Positions 47,135 to 57,198 of a stretch of DNA of 64,000 bases are shown in pieces. Origin of the DNA: an uncultured delta proteobacterium (GTDB lineage Bacteria; Desulfobacterota; Binatia; UBA9968). The position numbers and the translations under genes were made by a program. The DNA is taken from the NCBI GenBank assembly GCA_963745835.1, contig CAVUZH010000022.1, positions 128,001 through 192,000 of the forward strand, in the 5' to 3' direction. Under the pieces are notes generated by a model, which did no database searches, had not been told where the DNA came from, and was given only the letters and a program-made list of their open reading frames with translations. Each line of letters begins with the position of its first letter. The first letter of the stretch is position 1.

Positions 47135-48262
47135 TTACACCGACAGCGCTGGACTGCGATTACGTTCGTCTTCGTTCTGAAGGCCGTGGTTACGGATAGT
47201 GCCGATGACGAGATCGAGTAAATCTTCTTCCTGCGCCACCGCCATCGATACACGCAGCGCCAACAACTTACCCCGCGCAAAAGGGAAGCGCATCAACTTC
47301 AGAATATCCTTTTCGGTGGTCACGATAAGATCGACATCGCGCGCGATCCGATTGATCTGTTGCCAGTCCGCAGCCGAGTAGTCGTGATGGTCCGGGTATT
47401 CTAATGTGTCGACGATGTCGCCATCATACTCGTGTATCGTTTGATAGAAGTTTGCCGGCTTTGCGATTCCGGCGACCGCCAGAATTTTACTGCGGTAGAG
47501 CAGCGTAAGGGGGTATTCTTTACGCTGTTCGGATTCGAAGCCGATCAGCGCCTGCGGCTGAAGCATCGCTTGGAAAGACGGACGCCCTCCGTTCGCCTGA
47601 ATCCATCTCTGCCAGCGTTCAGCAGCCCCGGTAACCAAAAAACAGTCGGCCCGTCTCAGAGAGCGGCTCGGTTCACGGAACGGACCGCAAGGCAACAGCC
47701 ATCCCGGGACATCCTCCCCTAGCAGCACCAGATCGAAATCGCGCTTTAATTTCCGGTGCTGAAACCCGTCATCCAGGATAATCACATCCATGTTTTTTTT
47801 CGCCAATAGCTCCAGGCCGGCCTGGTATCGATTCTTGGCCACGCTTACAGTTAACCCATAAATGCGCGCCATCATGACCGGCTCATCGCCGGCAGCGACC
47901 GCTTCAGAGCCATCGATGGTGGTCGATGACATGCTATCATCCCCCGATAAAATGACCGATCCTGAGCCCTTCCGCTTATAGCCGCGGCTGAGAATACCCA
48001 CTTTATATCCGCGTTCCATCAAGCGTCGCGCCAACCACAACGTCGCCGGAGTTTTTCCGGTCCCGCCAACCGATAGGTTGCCGATGCTGATTATTGGACA
48101 GTCCAGTGCGTGAACTCGAGCGCACTTCCATTGATATAAAAAATTGCGGAATGCTACGGCGAACCGATAGGCCCACGAGGCGGGCAAAAGCAAGAGCCAC
48201 AGAAGTTTGCCCGATGCTCCTCTTCGTTGCCAAACGCGCTGAATGCCAACGCTTCTCATCAA
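47135..48262 (-). CDS. lpxK: Tetraacyldisaccharide 4'-kinase
   Basis: IGNLSVGGTGKTP, SRGYK, GDEP, LDDGFQH, TTEKD. Confidence 0.95.
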   Translation of the reverse strand: MMRSVGIQRVWQRRGASGKLLWLLLLPASWAYRFAVAFRNFLYQWKCARVHALDCPIISIGNLSVGGTGKTPATLWLARRLMERGYKVGILSRGYKRKGSGSVILSGDDSMSSTTIDGSEAVAAGDEPVMMARIYGLTVSVAKNRYQAGLELLAKKNMDVIILDDGFQHRKLKRDFDLVLLGEDVPGWLLPCGPFREPSRSLRRADCFLVTGAAERWQRWIQANGGRPSFQAMLQPQALIGFESEQRKEYPLTLLYRSKILAVAGIAKPANFYQTIHEYDGDIVDTLEYPDHHDYSAADWQQINRIARDVDLIVTTEKDILKLMRFPFARGKLLALRVSMAVAQEEDLLDLVIGTIRNHGLQNEDERNRSPALSV

Positions 48263-48294
48263 GACTCTAAACGTGTATGGCGACGGCCGACCAA

Positions 48295-49584
48295 CTAGGT
48301 AGCGGCGGACGCGGGGAGATAGCTGGCGACAATGTTCAAGCTTTGATCGATCACGGTGTCATCTATGACAGCGACTTCATACGCCTTATCACCAGCTAGC
48401 CGGCGTTTTTGCGGATCCGACAGCAGTCCGGTTATTTCACGCACTAAATCTTCGGCGTCTCGTACTTCAAAGCCGCCGCCATTTTGTTTCAGCTTCCGCG
48501 CCAGCAACCCCACATTCGAAGTATAGGGACCGAAGAGAACGGGTTTGCGCAAGCGAGCCGGTTCCAAAAGATTATGCCCCCCTGCAGCTACCAGGCTGCC
48601 GCCGACAAATGCCAAATCGGCGTCGGCATAAAAACGTTCCAAGTCGCCGATGGTGTCCAAAAACAGGACATCGTGTTGGAACTCGCGCTTAGTTCCGATG
48701 CTACTTTTCTTTTCAAATGAGACTCCGCTGGTAGCCAACAGTTTTTCCACTTCGGCGAAACGTTGCGGATGACGTGGCGCTAGAATCATGCGCAGCCGCG
48801 GGAATTGCCGCTTCAGGGTTTTGAACGCCGCACAGACAATCTCTTCCTCCCCTCGATGCGAACTACCTACGACCCAAATCCAGCTGCTGGCAGGCCTTTG
48901 CTCGCAGATATCGTCCCGCGCAGTTCCGTCATTCACCACAGCGGCATCCTTTAGGTTGCCAGTGATCGAGACCCGGCTGGGCGCTGCTCCCAACCTGATG
49001 ATCCGCTGCCGATCGATTTCCGACTGCATGCCACAGGCTCTTAACAATCGAAACACTTTTTTGAAGAACCACCCGAACCGGCAGTAATTATTATATCCCT
49101 TCTCGGAAACGCGCCCACTCAGAAGAATGGTCGGTAACCCTTTGCGATGAGCTTGACGCAACAAATTGGGCCAGATTTCAGTCTCGATAAAAATCAACAC
49201 AGCTGGGTCGAAAACAGCCAGTGCTCGTCGCACCGTCCACCAAAGGTCTAAGGGCAAATAAATAACTCGATCAATCGCTGGATTTTGACGCGCGGTCAGG
49301 TTTCCCGTATGCGTCAAAGTGGATAGGATGATAGCACGATCAGGAAAGCGCCGCCTAAGTTGTTCGCTCAACGCGCGCACGGACCTGACCTCCCCGACCG
49401 AAGCCGCGTGTATCCAGAGCGGTCGCTGAGCCTTGGACAAAACTGCACTGTCGATCGAATACCACCCTAGTCTCTGCCCGAACCCAGCCCGGAAGCGTTC
49501 TCCTCCCAACACCAGCAGTGGAAGAACTGGCAAGGCGACCAAGAAAGACAGTGTAATAAACACATTGTAAATTATATAGCCCAT
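48295..49584 (-). CDS. waaA: Kdo transferase
   Basis: WIHAASVGE, ETEIWPN, APRHPQR, GGHNLLEPA. Confidence 0.95.
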   Translation of the reverse strand: MGYIIYNVFITLSFLVALPVLPLLVLGGERFRAGFGQRLGWYSIDSAVLSKAQRPLWIHAASVGEVRSVRALSEQLRRRFPDRAIILSTLTHTGNLTARQNPAIDRVIYLPLDLWWTVRRALAVFDPAVLIFIETEIWPNLLRQAHRKGLPTILLSGRVSEKGYNNYCRFGWFFKKVFRLLRACGMQSEIDRQRIIRLGAAPSRVSITGNLKDAAVVNDGTARDDICEQRPASSWIWVVGSSHRGEEEIVCAAFKTLKRQFPRLRMILAPRHPQRFAEVEKLLATSGVSFEKKSSIGTKREFQHDVLFLDTIGDLERFYADADLAFVGGSLVAAGGHNLLEPARLRKPVLFGPYTSNVGLLARKLKQNGGGFEVRDAEDLVREITGLLSDPQKRRLAGDKAYEVAVIDDTVIDQSLNIVASYLPASAAT

Positions 49585-49598
49585 CGCTCGACGATAGT

Positions 49599-51353
49599 TC
49601 AGTGCATGATCTTTGCTTCGACCGGTTGGACATCTTCGAGCAACTGCATACTGTAGAGGCGGCTGTATTCCTGCTTGCGCGCCATCAGTTCCTCGTGACG
49701 ACCTTGTTCAGCGATTTTTCCGCCAACCAAAACCACGATCCGGTCCGCGCGACGAATCGTCGACAGCCGGTGAGCCACCACTACTGTGGTCCGTCGGTTC
49801 ATAAGGTTATCGAGAGCATTTTGCACCGATCGTTCTGATTGGGCGTCGAGAGCCGAAGTCGCCTCGTCGAGAATGAGAATAGGCGCGTCTTTCAAGAGTG
49901 CCCTCGCAATCGCGAGCCGCTGCCTTTGACCGCCGGAAAGTTGCAGCCCCATTTCGCCGATGTCGGTATCATAGCCCCTGGGCAACGACATGATGAAATC
50001 ATGGGCATAGGCCGCCTTGGCAGCGGCCATGATATCATCCATGCTGCGCTCCGGATCGCCATAACTGATGTTGTTGCGTATCGTGTCGTTAAACAGAAAG
50101 GTATGCTGACTTACCAGACCGATTTGCTGCCGCAACGTTCGCAACGTGAGATCTCGGACATCGATGTTGTCCATAGTAATGGCGCCGGCCGTAACATCGT
50201 AAAAGCGCGGAATCAGGTCGGCCATAGTGCTTTTGCCAACACCGCTAACCCCGACGAGCGCGACCATTTCACCGGCGCAAATACGCAGGTTGATATCCTT
50301 TAAGACCAGCTTTTCACCGTAACCGAAACTCACATCATGAAATTCGATGGATTCCGTGAACCTCTGAGCCGCTCGGGCGCCGGGACGTTCCTGCACATCG
50401 GAATGCGTATCCAAGATTTCGAAGACTCTTTCCGCCCCGGCAATCCCTTGCTGAACCGCCGCGTAGGTTCTGGCAAGAGATTTAAACGGCTGGTACATGA
50501 GCATCATTGCGGCCATGAAGGCCATGAACTCGCCTTGCGTTCGACCACCGCCGATGACGCTCGAACCCCCGTACCAGACAACTCCGGCAATCCCGAAGGA
50601 AGCCAAAAATTCCATCGTTGGAGTGACCACCGCCTTGATTCGGCTTGCCCGAACCGATTGCTTGAAAAGACGAAAGTTCTCCACCGTAAAACGTTTGATT
50701 TCATACTCTTCCATGCCAAACGCCTTAACGATGCGATTGCCTTGGACGCTTTCCTGCAAGAGCGCGGTTAGATTACCCGTGCTGATCTGTCCGCGTTTGG
50801 TAAACCGCTTGATTTTCCTGCTCATGCGCATCACCGGCAGAACCGAGGCGGGAAATACAAAAAACGCGATCGAGGCTAAAACCCAATCCTGATAAAAAGC
50901 AACGCCGATCAGCACGATCACTGAGAGACTGTCTCGCACCAGCGAGGCCAGTGCATCCGTAAGCACGGCACGCAAGAGAGTGACGTCATTGCCCACCCGC
51001 GAGAGAAGTGTTCCCGTTGGGTGCCGGTAAAAAAAAGCCAATGACAGATACTGCAGATGGCAATTGAGCCGGTTGCGCACGTCATTGATAATGCGCAGTC
51101 CAACATAATCACTGAAATAATGCTGGCCAAAGTTGAGCAGACCGCGCGCGCTAAAGACGACAATAATGGCTAAAGGAACATAGCGCAGCATGTTCGGATC
51201 TTTTTTTTGGAAAAGATCATCGAACACACTCCGCACCAGGAATGGGATTACGCCGTCCGTGGCGCTATAGCCAAGCATGCAAACAATGCCCAATGCGAAG
51301 TAGGGCCAAATATACGGCTTCAAAAAGGGCAGTAAGCGTCGATAGGTTTTCAC
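49599..51353 (-). CDS. msbA: Lipid A flippase ABC transporter
   Basis: TM domain plus GVSGVGKST, LSGGQRQR, LDEATSALD; located in the lpx cluster. Confidence 0.92.
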   Translation of the reverse strand: MKTYRRLLPFLKPYIWPYFALGIVCMLGYSATDGVIPFLVRSVFDDLFQKKDPNMLRYVPLAIIVVFSARGLLNFGQHYFSDYVGLRIINDVRNRLNCHLQYLSLAFFYRHPTGTLLSRVGNDVTLLRAVLTDALASLVRDSLSVIVLIGVAFYQDWVLASIAFFVFPASVLPVMRMSRKIKRFTKRGQISTGNLTALLQESVQGNRIVKAFGMEEYEIKRFTVENFRLFKQSVRASRIKAVVTPTMEFLASFGIAGVVWYGGSSVIGGGRTQGEFMAFMAAMMLMYQPFKSLARTYAAVQQGIAGAERVFEILDTHSDVQERPGARAAQRFTESIEFHDVSFGYGEKLVLKDINLRICAGEMVALVGVSGVGKSTMADLIPRFYDVTAGAITMDNIDVRDLTLRTLRQQIGLVSQHTFLFNDTIRNNISYGDPERSMDDIMAAAKAAYAHDFIMSLPRGYDTDIGEMGLQLSGGQRQRLAIARALLKDAPILILDEATSALDAQSERSVQNALDNLMNRRTTVVVAHRLSTIRRADRIVVLVGGKIAEQGRHEELMARKQEYSRLYSMQLLEDVQPVEAKIMH

Positions 51354-51369
51354 GCGAGTCTTAATCTAA

Positions 51370-52524
51370 TTACGGTTTAACGGGCGCCATCAATGAGACG
51401 GCCAGTTCGGCGACGCGATTGGCGGCGCCCGGGGCACCGAGTTGCTCTCTGAGCATACGGAGGTTTGCGATCATCGTCCGGCGGGCATCGTGATCATTGA
51501 GTATCGCCTGACTCTCCTGCACGAGCCGTTTGGACGACAGATCCGATTGAACCAATTCTGGAACGATCGGCCTTCCAGCAATAATGTTGGCGATGCCGAT
51601 ATATTCGATCTTGACCAACAAGCGTGCAAGCCAATACGTGACCCAGGAAACCCGATAAACCACGATCATCGGTTTCTCGAGCAGCGCTGTTTCCAAGGTG
51701 GCGGTGCCGGAAGCCGCCCAGACAAGATCCGCGGCATTCACGGCGTTGTAGCGTCCGCCTTCTACTATAGGTATCACGAAGCCCGCGCGATCCAGCTCTT
51801 TCTGCAACTCCGCTCGATCTAAGGTACTGGCTCTGACACAAAAAAACTGCGCCTGCTCAACGCGCTTCAACTCGGTGGCCGCAGCAACCATTACCGGCAA
51901 ATGGTAAGCAATTTCTTTTCGCCTGCTGCCCGGAAGCAACGCGATGACCGGCCTTTCTTTGTCCAACCCGAGTTCGCTCAAGATCGACTCACGTTTTTGA
52001 CTCACCCGCACGACATCCAGCAATGGATGGCCGACAAATTCGACTGGCACGTGGTGTCGCTCATAGAACTCGACTTCAAACGGGAACACCACTGCCATCT
52101 TGTCAACTACCTGGGCGATTTCCCGGATTCGGCCGCGACGCCACGCCCATACCTGGGGACTAACGTAATAGAGCACCGGGACAGCGAGCTTTTTAGCGAG
52201 CCTGGCCAGTCGCAAATTGAATTCCGGGAAGTCGATGAGAATGAGAAGGCTCGGTCTGCGTGTCCGCAACGTCCGGCGCAAAAGACGATATGCCGCGATA
52301 ATATTTTTGATGTTGCCTGCCAATTCGAGGAGCCCCATTCCGGTCAGTTTCGACACGGTGAAAAGGGTCTCGAAACTTGTTCGTTGCAGCTGGTCGCCGG
52401 CGACGCCGAAGAACGTGAGATTCGGATCTCGCTTCAATAACGCTTTGACCAGGCTGGCCGCATGCATATCGCCGGAGGCTTCGCCGACGACCAGCATGAT
52501 CTCTCTGCCACCATTCATAGGCAA
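51370..52524 (-). CDS. lpxB: Lipid-A-disaccharide synthase
   Basis: GEASGD, IDFPEFN, SPQVWAWR, LLPGSR, SGTATLE. Confidence 0.96.
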   Translation of the reverse strand: MPMNGGREIMLVVGEASGDMHAASLVKALLKRDPNLTFFGVAGDQLQRTSFETLFTVSKLTGMGLLELAGNIKNIIAAYRLLRRTLRTRRPSLLILIDFPEFNLRLARLAKKLAVPVLYYVSPQVWAWRRGRIREIAQVVDKMAVVFPFEVEFYERHHVPVEFVGHPLLDVVRVSQKRESILSELGLDKERPVIALLPGSRRKEIAYHLPVMVAAATELKRVEQAQFFCVRASTLDRAELQKELDRAGFVIPIVEGGRYNAVNAADLVWAASGTATLETALLEKPMIVVYRVSWVTYWLARLLVKIEYIGIANIIAGRPIVPELVQSDLSSKRLVQESQAILNDHDARRTMIANLRMLREQLGAPGAANRVAELAVSLMAPVKP

Positions 52525-52545
52525 AATGTCGACACTTCGGGCAGA

Positions 52546-53478
52546 TCAAAGCTGAGCTCGGATCAACGACGCTATTTCCAATGCGTTAAGGCCGTCAACG
52601 CCGCTGACCAGGGGGGCCGTTCGCGCGCGCACACAATCGAGAAATGAGTCGATCTCATCGGCGAGAGCATCTCCTTCCTTGAATTCGATGTTTTCACTGC
52701 GCACGTCTAGCCATCCCGCGCCCGGCGCCGGCTTGTAGATTATCTGGGCACGGCGTTGATCGTAGTCGATTGAGATATAAGCGTCAGGTTGAAAGAATCG
52801 AACCTTTCGTTCCCGCTTGATCGAGACTCGGCTGGCGGTGACGTTGGCGATGCAGCCGTTGGCAAAGATCAGGCGGGCGTTGGCAATGTCCGGTGTTTCG
52901 GTCAGAACCGGCACGCCAACTGCCTCCACACGAATCACCGGAGAACGAACCAAGCTGGCAATAACATCGATGTCGTGAATCATCAGATCAAGCACGACGT
53001 CAACATCCGTGCCTCTTTCGACGAACGGTGCCAACCGATGGCATTCGACAAACTTCGGTTCTTTGATGACTCCTTCGAGGCGCCGGATTGCCGGGTTAAA
53101 GCGCTCCAGATGCCCCACCTGCAGAATACAATTCCGAGACTCGGCCAGGCTTACCAAATCCTTCGCCTCGTCCAGGTTTGCGGCGAGCGGTTTCTCAACC
53201 AGCACATCGATGCCGGCGGTTATAAAGTCTTTGGCGACTTGATGGTGGACCCGGGTTGGAACGGCAATGCTGACACACTGTACTCGGCCGAATAGCTCGC
53301 GGTAATCGGTCAATCCCACGGCTCCCACGCCGCCGCCAATTTCAGCGGCACGGGCACTATCTTCATCGACCACAGCGACGAGATCAGCCTTTTCCGAGGC
53401 GGCATACTTCTCCGCATGAAATTTGCCTAAGTATCCGACCCCGATGACCGCAGCTGGGATTTTCTCGCGTGGATGCAT
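52546..53478 (-). CDS. Gfo/Idh/MocA oxidoreductase, GnnA-like (UDP-GlcNAc 3-dehydrogenase)
   Basis: GVGYLGKFH, VEKP, GHLERFNP, DLMIHDID; lies between lpxA/lpxI and lpxB. Confidence 0.85.
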   Translation of the reverse strand: MHPREKIPAAVIGVGYLGKFHAEKYAASEKADLVAVVDEDSARAAEIGGGVGAVGLTDYRELFGRVQCVSIAVPTRVHHQVAKDFITAGIDVLVEKPLAANLDEAKDLVSLAESRNCILQVGHLERFNPAIRRLEGVIKEPKFVECHRLAPFVERGTDVDVVLDLMIHDIDVIASLVRSPVIRVEAVGVPVLTETPDIANARLIFANGCIANVTASRVSIKRERKVRFFQPDAYISIDYDQRRAQIIYKPAPGAGWLDVRSENIEFKEGDALADEIDSFLDCVRARTAPLVSGVDGLNALEIASLIRAQL

Positions 53479-53491
53479 GTTTACTTGCTGC

Positions 53492-54313
53492 TCAAGCGGC
53501 GACGCCGACAACAGCGATTCCGCCAGCATCGGCCTCCGCGAGCAGCGCGTCTTTCTCCAACAATAATGTTTTCCCCGCTTCTAGAGCTAAAGCAACCGCG
53601 CCGGCTTGGCGAAGTATTTTGATAGTTTCCACGCCGACGGCGGGAACGTCGAAGCGCAGATCTTGTTTGGGCTTGCTGACCTTGATGACCACACAACCGG
53701 AACGCGCCAAACTACCGCCCCGCTTAATCGCCTCATCGGTGCCTTCCACCGCCTCGACGGCGATCACCATGCCGTTTTTTACTACAACGGTTTGGCCAAT
53801 GCCCACACGGCCGATTTCTTTGGCAACATGAATCCCGAAACGGATGTCCTCCCAATGCCGATCTGACGGCGCATGGCGGGTAAGAACGCCGGCAGTGGTA
53901 ATAATTTGCGGCACGCACAGAGTTGATTCCAAGACTGTAATCCCGTCCTTCTCGAGCTCGTCGGCAATGCCACGGAGCAAGGCATCGTCGTCCCGACTCT
54001 TCAGACGGGCCAGAAAGCTGGCGCCACGCAAGTCAGGACGAAAATTGCCGAACAGCCTCACTTTGCGAATTCCACCCGCCATGACCGCCTGGGTGACCCG
54101 CGCGCGATGAAAGGTGCGGATGATTTTTCCCAACTGTCCAACATAAACCCAGGTCAATTCGTCGACAACGTTCTCAATCTCTGCCAGTGTCTCGTCGCGA
54201 TGAGCAACTGCCACAACAGAGTATCCCTCTCGTTTGGCTTCCTGAGCGAAAATATAGGGGAACCGGCCGTTGCCGGCGATTAAACCTATTCGCTTGTCGT
54301 AAAGAGAGTTCAC
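53492..54313 (-). CDS. lpxI: UDP-2,3-diacylglucosamine pyrophosphatase LpxI
   Basis: GLIAGNGRFP, IGQTVVV, AVEAVEGTD, KPKQDLRFDVPAVG. Confidence 0.93.
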   Translation of the reverse strand: MNSLYDKRIGLIAGNGRFPYIFAQEAKREGYSVVAVAHRDETLAEIENVVDELTWVYVGQLGKIIRTFHRARVTQAVMAGGIRKVRLFGNFRPDLRGASFLARLKSRDDDALLRGIADELEKDGITVLESTLCVPQIITTAGVLTRHAPSDRHWEDIRFGIHVAKEIGRVGIGQTVVVKNGMVIAVEAVEGTDEAIKRGGSLARSGCVVIKVSKPKQDLRFDVPAVGVETIKILRQAGAVALALEAGKTLLLEKDALLAEADAGGIAVVGVAA

Positions 54314-54347
54314 GCTGGCGAGCGCTGGATTGAAGGTGTGACCTTAG

Positions 54348-55124
54348 CTATCGGCAAATGCCGCGTTGCGATTGGGCGATGAAAGCTAACAAAATATCGA
54401 TTTCGGCCGTGGGTGATAACTCGCGGCGGACCTTTTCTAGCGCGTCTTTGGTTTTGAGCTTCGATTGAAAGATAATCCGGTAAGCTTTCTTCAAAGCGTC
54501 GATCGCAGTGGTAGTAAAACCCCGGCGCTTTAATCCTTCGAGGTTGAGCCCGCGAAGACGGGCCCGATCACCAGTGGCATTGCAAAAAGGCGGAACATCT
54601 TTGGAAACCATCGATCCCGCTCCCAAAATCGATCCCGAGCCGATACGGGCAAACTGATGAATGCCAACCAAGCCGCCGACGATCACATAGTCTTGGATCA
54701 TGACATGCCCGCCCAGTGTGGCGCCATTGGCAATGATATTGTGGCTGCCGATTAGACAGTCGTGAGCGATATGGCAATGCATCATCAACAAATTATGATC
54801 ACCCACACGGGTGACCATTCCGCCGCCGGCGGTTCCCGGATTAAGCGAAACGTATTCTCGGATGGTGTTGTGGTTGCCGATGATCAATTCGCTGGCCTCT
54901 CCCCTGTACTTGAGATCCTGCGGCCTGGATCCAATGGTGGCAAATTGATAGATCGTGTTTCCTTTGCCGACTGAAGTGCGGCCTTCAATCACCACATGAG
55001 ACGCCACCCTGGTTTGTTGGCCGATTCTTACCCCGGCGCCAATAACACTGTAAGGCCCGATCTCAACCTCAGAATCTATTTCCGCTTGGCGATCGATCAA
55101 AGCTGTCTGGTGGATCCTGCTCAT
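54348..55124 (-). CDS. lpxA: Acyl-ACP--UDP-GlcNAc(3N) acyltransferase
   Basis: Hexapeptide repeats; PQDLKY, HIAHDC, GGHV, HQF, GLNLEGLKRRG. Confidence 0.96.
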   Translation of the reverse strand: MSRIHQTALIDRQAEIDSEVEIGPYSVIGAGVRIGQQTRVASHVVIEGRTSVGKGNTIYQFATIGSRPQDLKYRGEASELIIGNHNTIREYVSLNPGTAGGGMVTRVGDHNLLMMHCHIAHDCLIGSHNIIANGATLGGHVMIQDYVIVGGLVGIHQFARIGSGSILGAGSMVSKDVPPFCNATGDRARLRGLNLEGLKRRGFTTTAIDALKKAYRIIFQSKLKTKDALEKVRRELSPTAEIDILLAFIAQSQRGICR

Positions 55125-55132
55125 GGTGAATC

Positions 55133-55570
55133 CTAGGGCATGTCGATTTCCATGGCGGAAATCTCAGCTTGAGCCACCAGCTTGCCGTCGACCAACGCGC
55201 TCCCGTGCATTTTCCAGAAACTGCCGCGGCGCTTCAAACAGGTCAATTCCATTCGTAATTGGTCTCCGGGTTCCACCGGCCGTTTGAACTTCACATTATC
55301 CAGACCGGTAAGAACGAACACCTTGTTATCTTCCATGCCGCCGCGGGCGTTATGGGCGAAGATCGCGCCGACCTGAGCCATAGCTTCACAGATCAATACT
55401 CCCGGCATCACCGGGCGGTTGGGAAAGTGGCCTTGGAAGAAATTCTCGTTGAACGAGACATTCTTGATAGCGATGATCTTCTCTTCTCCATCGATTTGCA
55501 AAACTTTATCGACCAACAGAAACGGATATCGATGGGGAAGATATTTTAGGATGTCTTTGACCTCGACCAT
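55133..55570 (-). CDS. fabZ: 3-hydroxyacyl-ACP dehydratase
   Basis: LPHRYPFLLVD, FQGHFP..PVMPGVLICEAMAQ. Confidence 0.96.
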   Translation of the reverse strand: MVEVKDILKYLPHRYPFLLVDKVLQIDGEEKIIAIKNVSFNENFFQGHFPNRPVMPGVLICEAMAQVGAIFAHNARGGMEDNKVFVLTGLDNVKFKRPVEPGDQLRMELTCLKRRGSFWKMHGSALVDGKLVAQAEISAMEIDMP

Positions 55571-55574
55571 GACC

Positions 55575-56639
55575 CTACTTTTCCTTTGGTTGCCGATTCG
55601 CAAGTTGTGCCACTTGCTTCTCGAGGCGCCGCACCAGTGTCCACAGCTTAGGTAACTGCGGCAAAAGAGTCATCACCTTCAGCCACTCGTGATGCGGCGC
55701 TACGCCAATACCGCCCGACAGCAACGCTCCCGCTGGCACAGACTGAGGCACTCCAGACTGCGGTCCGATGATCGCTCCGTCGCCGATCTCGATATGATTG
55801 ACTACCCCCACTTGTCCAGCCAAAGTCACATTCTTCCCCAATCTCGTACTGCCGGCGATCCCGGCTTGCGCCGCGATCGCCGAGTTTGCTCCCACGGTAA
55901 CATTATGCGCAATTTGTACGAGATTATCGATCTTAGCGCCTCGTCCAATGAGTGTGCGGCCAAGAGTTGCGCGATCAATCGTTGTATTGGCGCCGATCTC
56001 GACATCGTCTTCGACCTCGACGATGCCCACCTGAGGGATCTTGATCCTATGTTCGCCGCTCCCGGCATAGCCGAAGCCATCGCTGCCAATAACCACACCC
56101 GCATGAAGAATGACCCTGTTGCCGAGCCGGCATCCATCGCGAACGACCACATTGGGATGCAGCACGCAGTCGCTACCGATCTCCGCTCGATCACCCAAAA
56201 ACACCCCGGGAAGCAAAACGCTGCGATCTCCGATCAGGACGGATTTCCCTATGTAGACATTGGGGTAGGCTGCGACATCGTGACCAAGCTTTGCGGTTGG
56301 ATCGATATGCGCGGAAGGAGCAATTTCCCGGCGATACTCGGCACCCGGAGCAAACAGCTGAAGAATTTTAGCGAACGCCACATAGGGCTGCGCCACCTCT
56401 AAGAAACCTTGATCGATTTTCGCTCGTTCGGGGGCGACCAGTTGGGGCGTGACGATAATCGCGCTGGCCTTGGAAGCCGAAATGAATCTGGCATAGCGAG
56501 GGTTAGCGAGAAAGGTAATATCGCCCGTACCGGCTTCTTCGATCGGCGAAACTCTAGAGATCTTGACGGAGCCGTCGCCGATAACTCGGCCGCCAACGTA
56601 CTCGGCCAAATCGCGAAGTATTCTTTCTCGAGGCGGCAC
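55575..56639 (-). CDS. lpxD: UDP-3-O-acylglucosamine N-acyltransferase
   Basis: GSDGFGY, KIPQVG, EIGANTTIDR, KIDNLVQIAHNV. Confidence 0.96.
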   Translation of the reverse strand: MPPRERILRDLAEYVGGRVIGDGSVKISRVSPIEEAGTGDITFLANPRYARFISASKASAIIVTPQLVAPERAKIDQGFLEVAQPYVAFAKILQLFAPGAEYRREIAPSAHIDPTAKLGHDVAAYPNVYIGKSVLIGDRSVLLPGVFLGDRAEIGSDCVLHPNVVVRDGCRLGNRVILHAGVVIGSDGFGYAGSGEHRIKIPQVGIVEVEDDVEIGANTTIDRATLGRTLIGRGAKIDNLVQIAHNVTVGANSAIAAQAGIAGSTRLGKNVTLAGQVGVVNHIEIGDGAIIGPQSGVPQSVPAGALLSGGIGVAPHHEWLKVMTLLPQLPKLWTLVRRLEKQVAQLANRQPKEK

Positions 56640-56641
56640 TT

Positions 56642-57148
56642 CTATTTATTGCGGCTGTTGAAAACTTCGATCACTTTGTTTGTGACGTCGATTCCTTGGT
56701 CGCTGTAAAGAATTTGGTTTCGTTCCAAGATCAAAGTAAATTTGTCGGATTTTCCGATCTCGTTGACAATCTTTTCGAGCTCTTTGAGGATGTCTCCGGT
56801 TAATGCCCCCTCTTTTTGCCGAAGCTCCTGTTGCTGGTCAGTCATTGTTCGTTGATAATTGACGAATCGTCTCTGCAGATCAGCCTCCGAGTTGCGCCGC
56901 TCTTCCTCCTTCATTAGAGGTCCCTTCTTATCCAGATCCGCCTTGAGCCGTTCGAGCTCGGTCTTTTCTTTAAGAAGCTCAGCTTCCGCCTTTTTCACCT
57001 GCGCCTGAAATCGTTCCTTGGCCCGTTTACCGGCATTGGAATCCGAGATCGCTCGCTGTATGTCGATAAAGCCGATTTTGACCCGCTCTTGCGCTCCAAC
57101 TGCTGGAACACATAGAAGAGTCAAAAACAAAACCAACCAATATTTCAC
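56642..57148 (-). CDS. skp: OmpH/Skp periplasmic chaperone
   Basis: Signal peptide; KIGFIDIQR, coiled coil, IDVTNKVI; between bamA and lpxD. Confidence 0.92.
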   Translation of the reverse strand: MKYWLVLFLTLLCVPAVGAQERVKIGFIDIQRAISDSNAGKRAKERFQAQVKKAEAELLKEKTELERLKADLDKKGPLMKEEERRNSEADLQRRFVNYQRTMTDQQQELRQKEGALTGDILKELEKIVNEIGKSDKFTLILERNQILYSDQGIDVTNKVIEVFNSRNK

Positions 57149-57198
57149 TTACGCCTCCAGAAAATCAGAGATTAGTGGACAGGGAAAAAGAATGCCAG

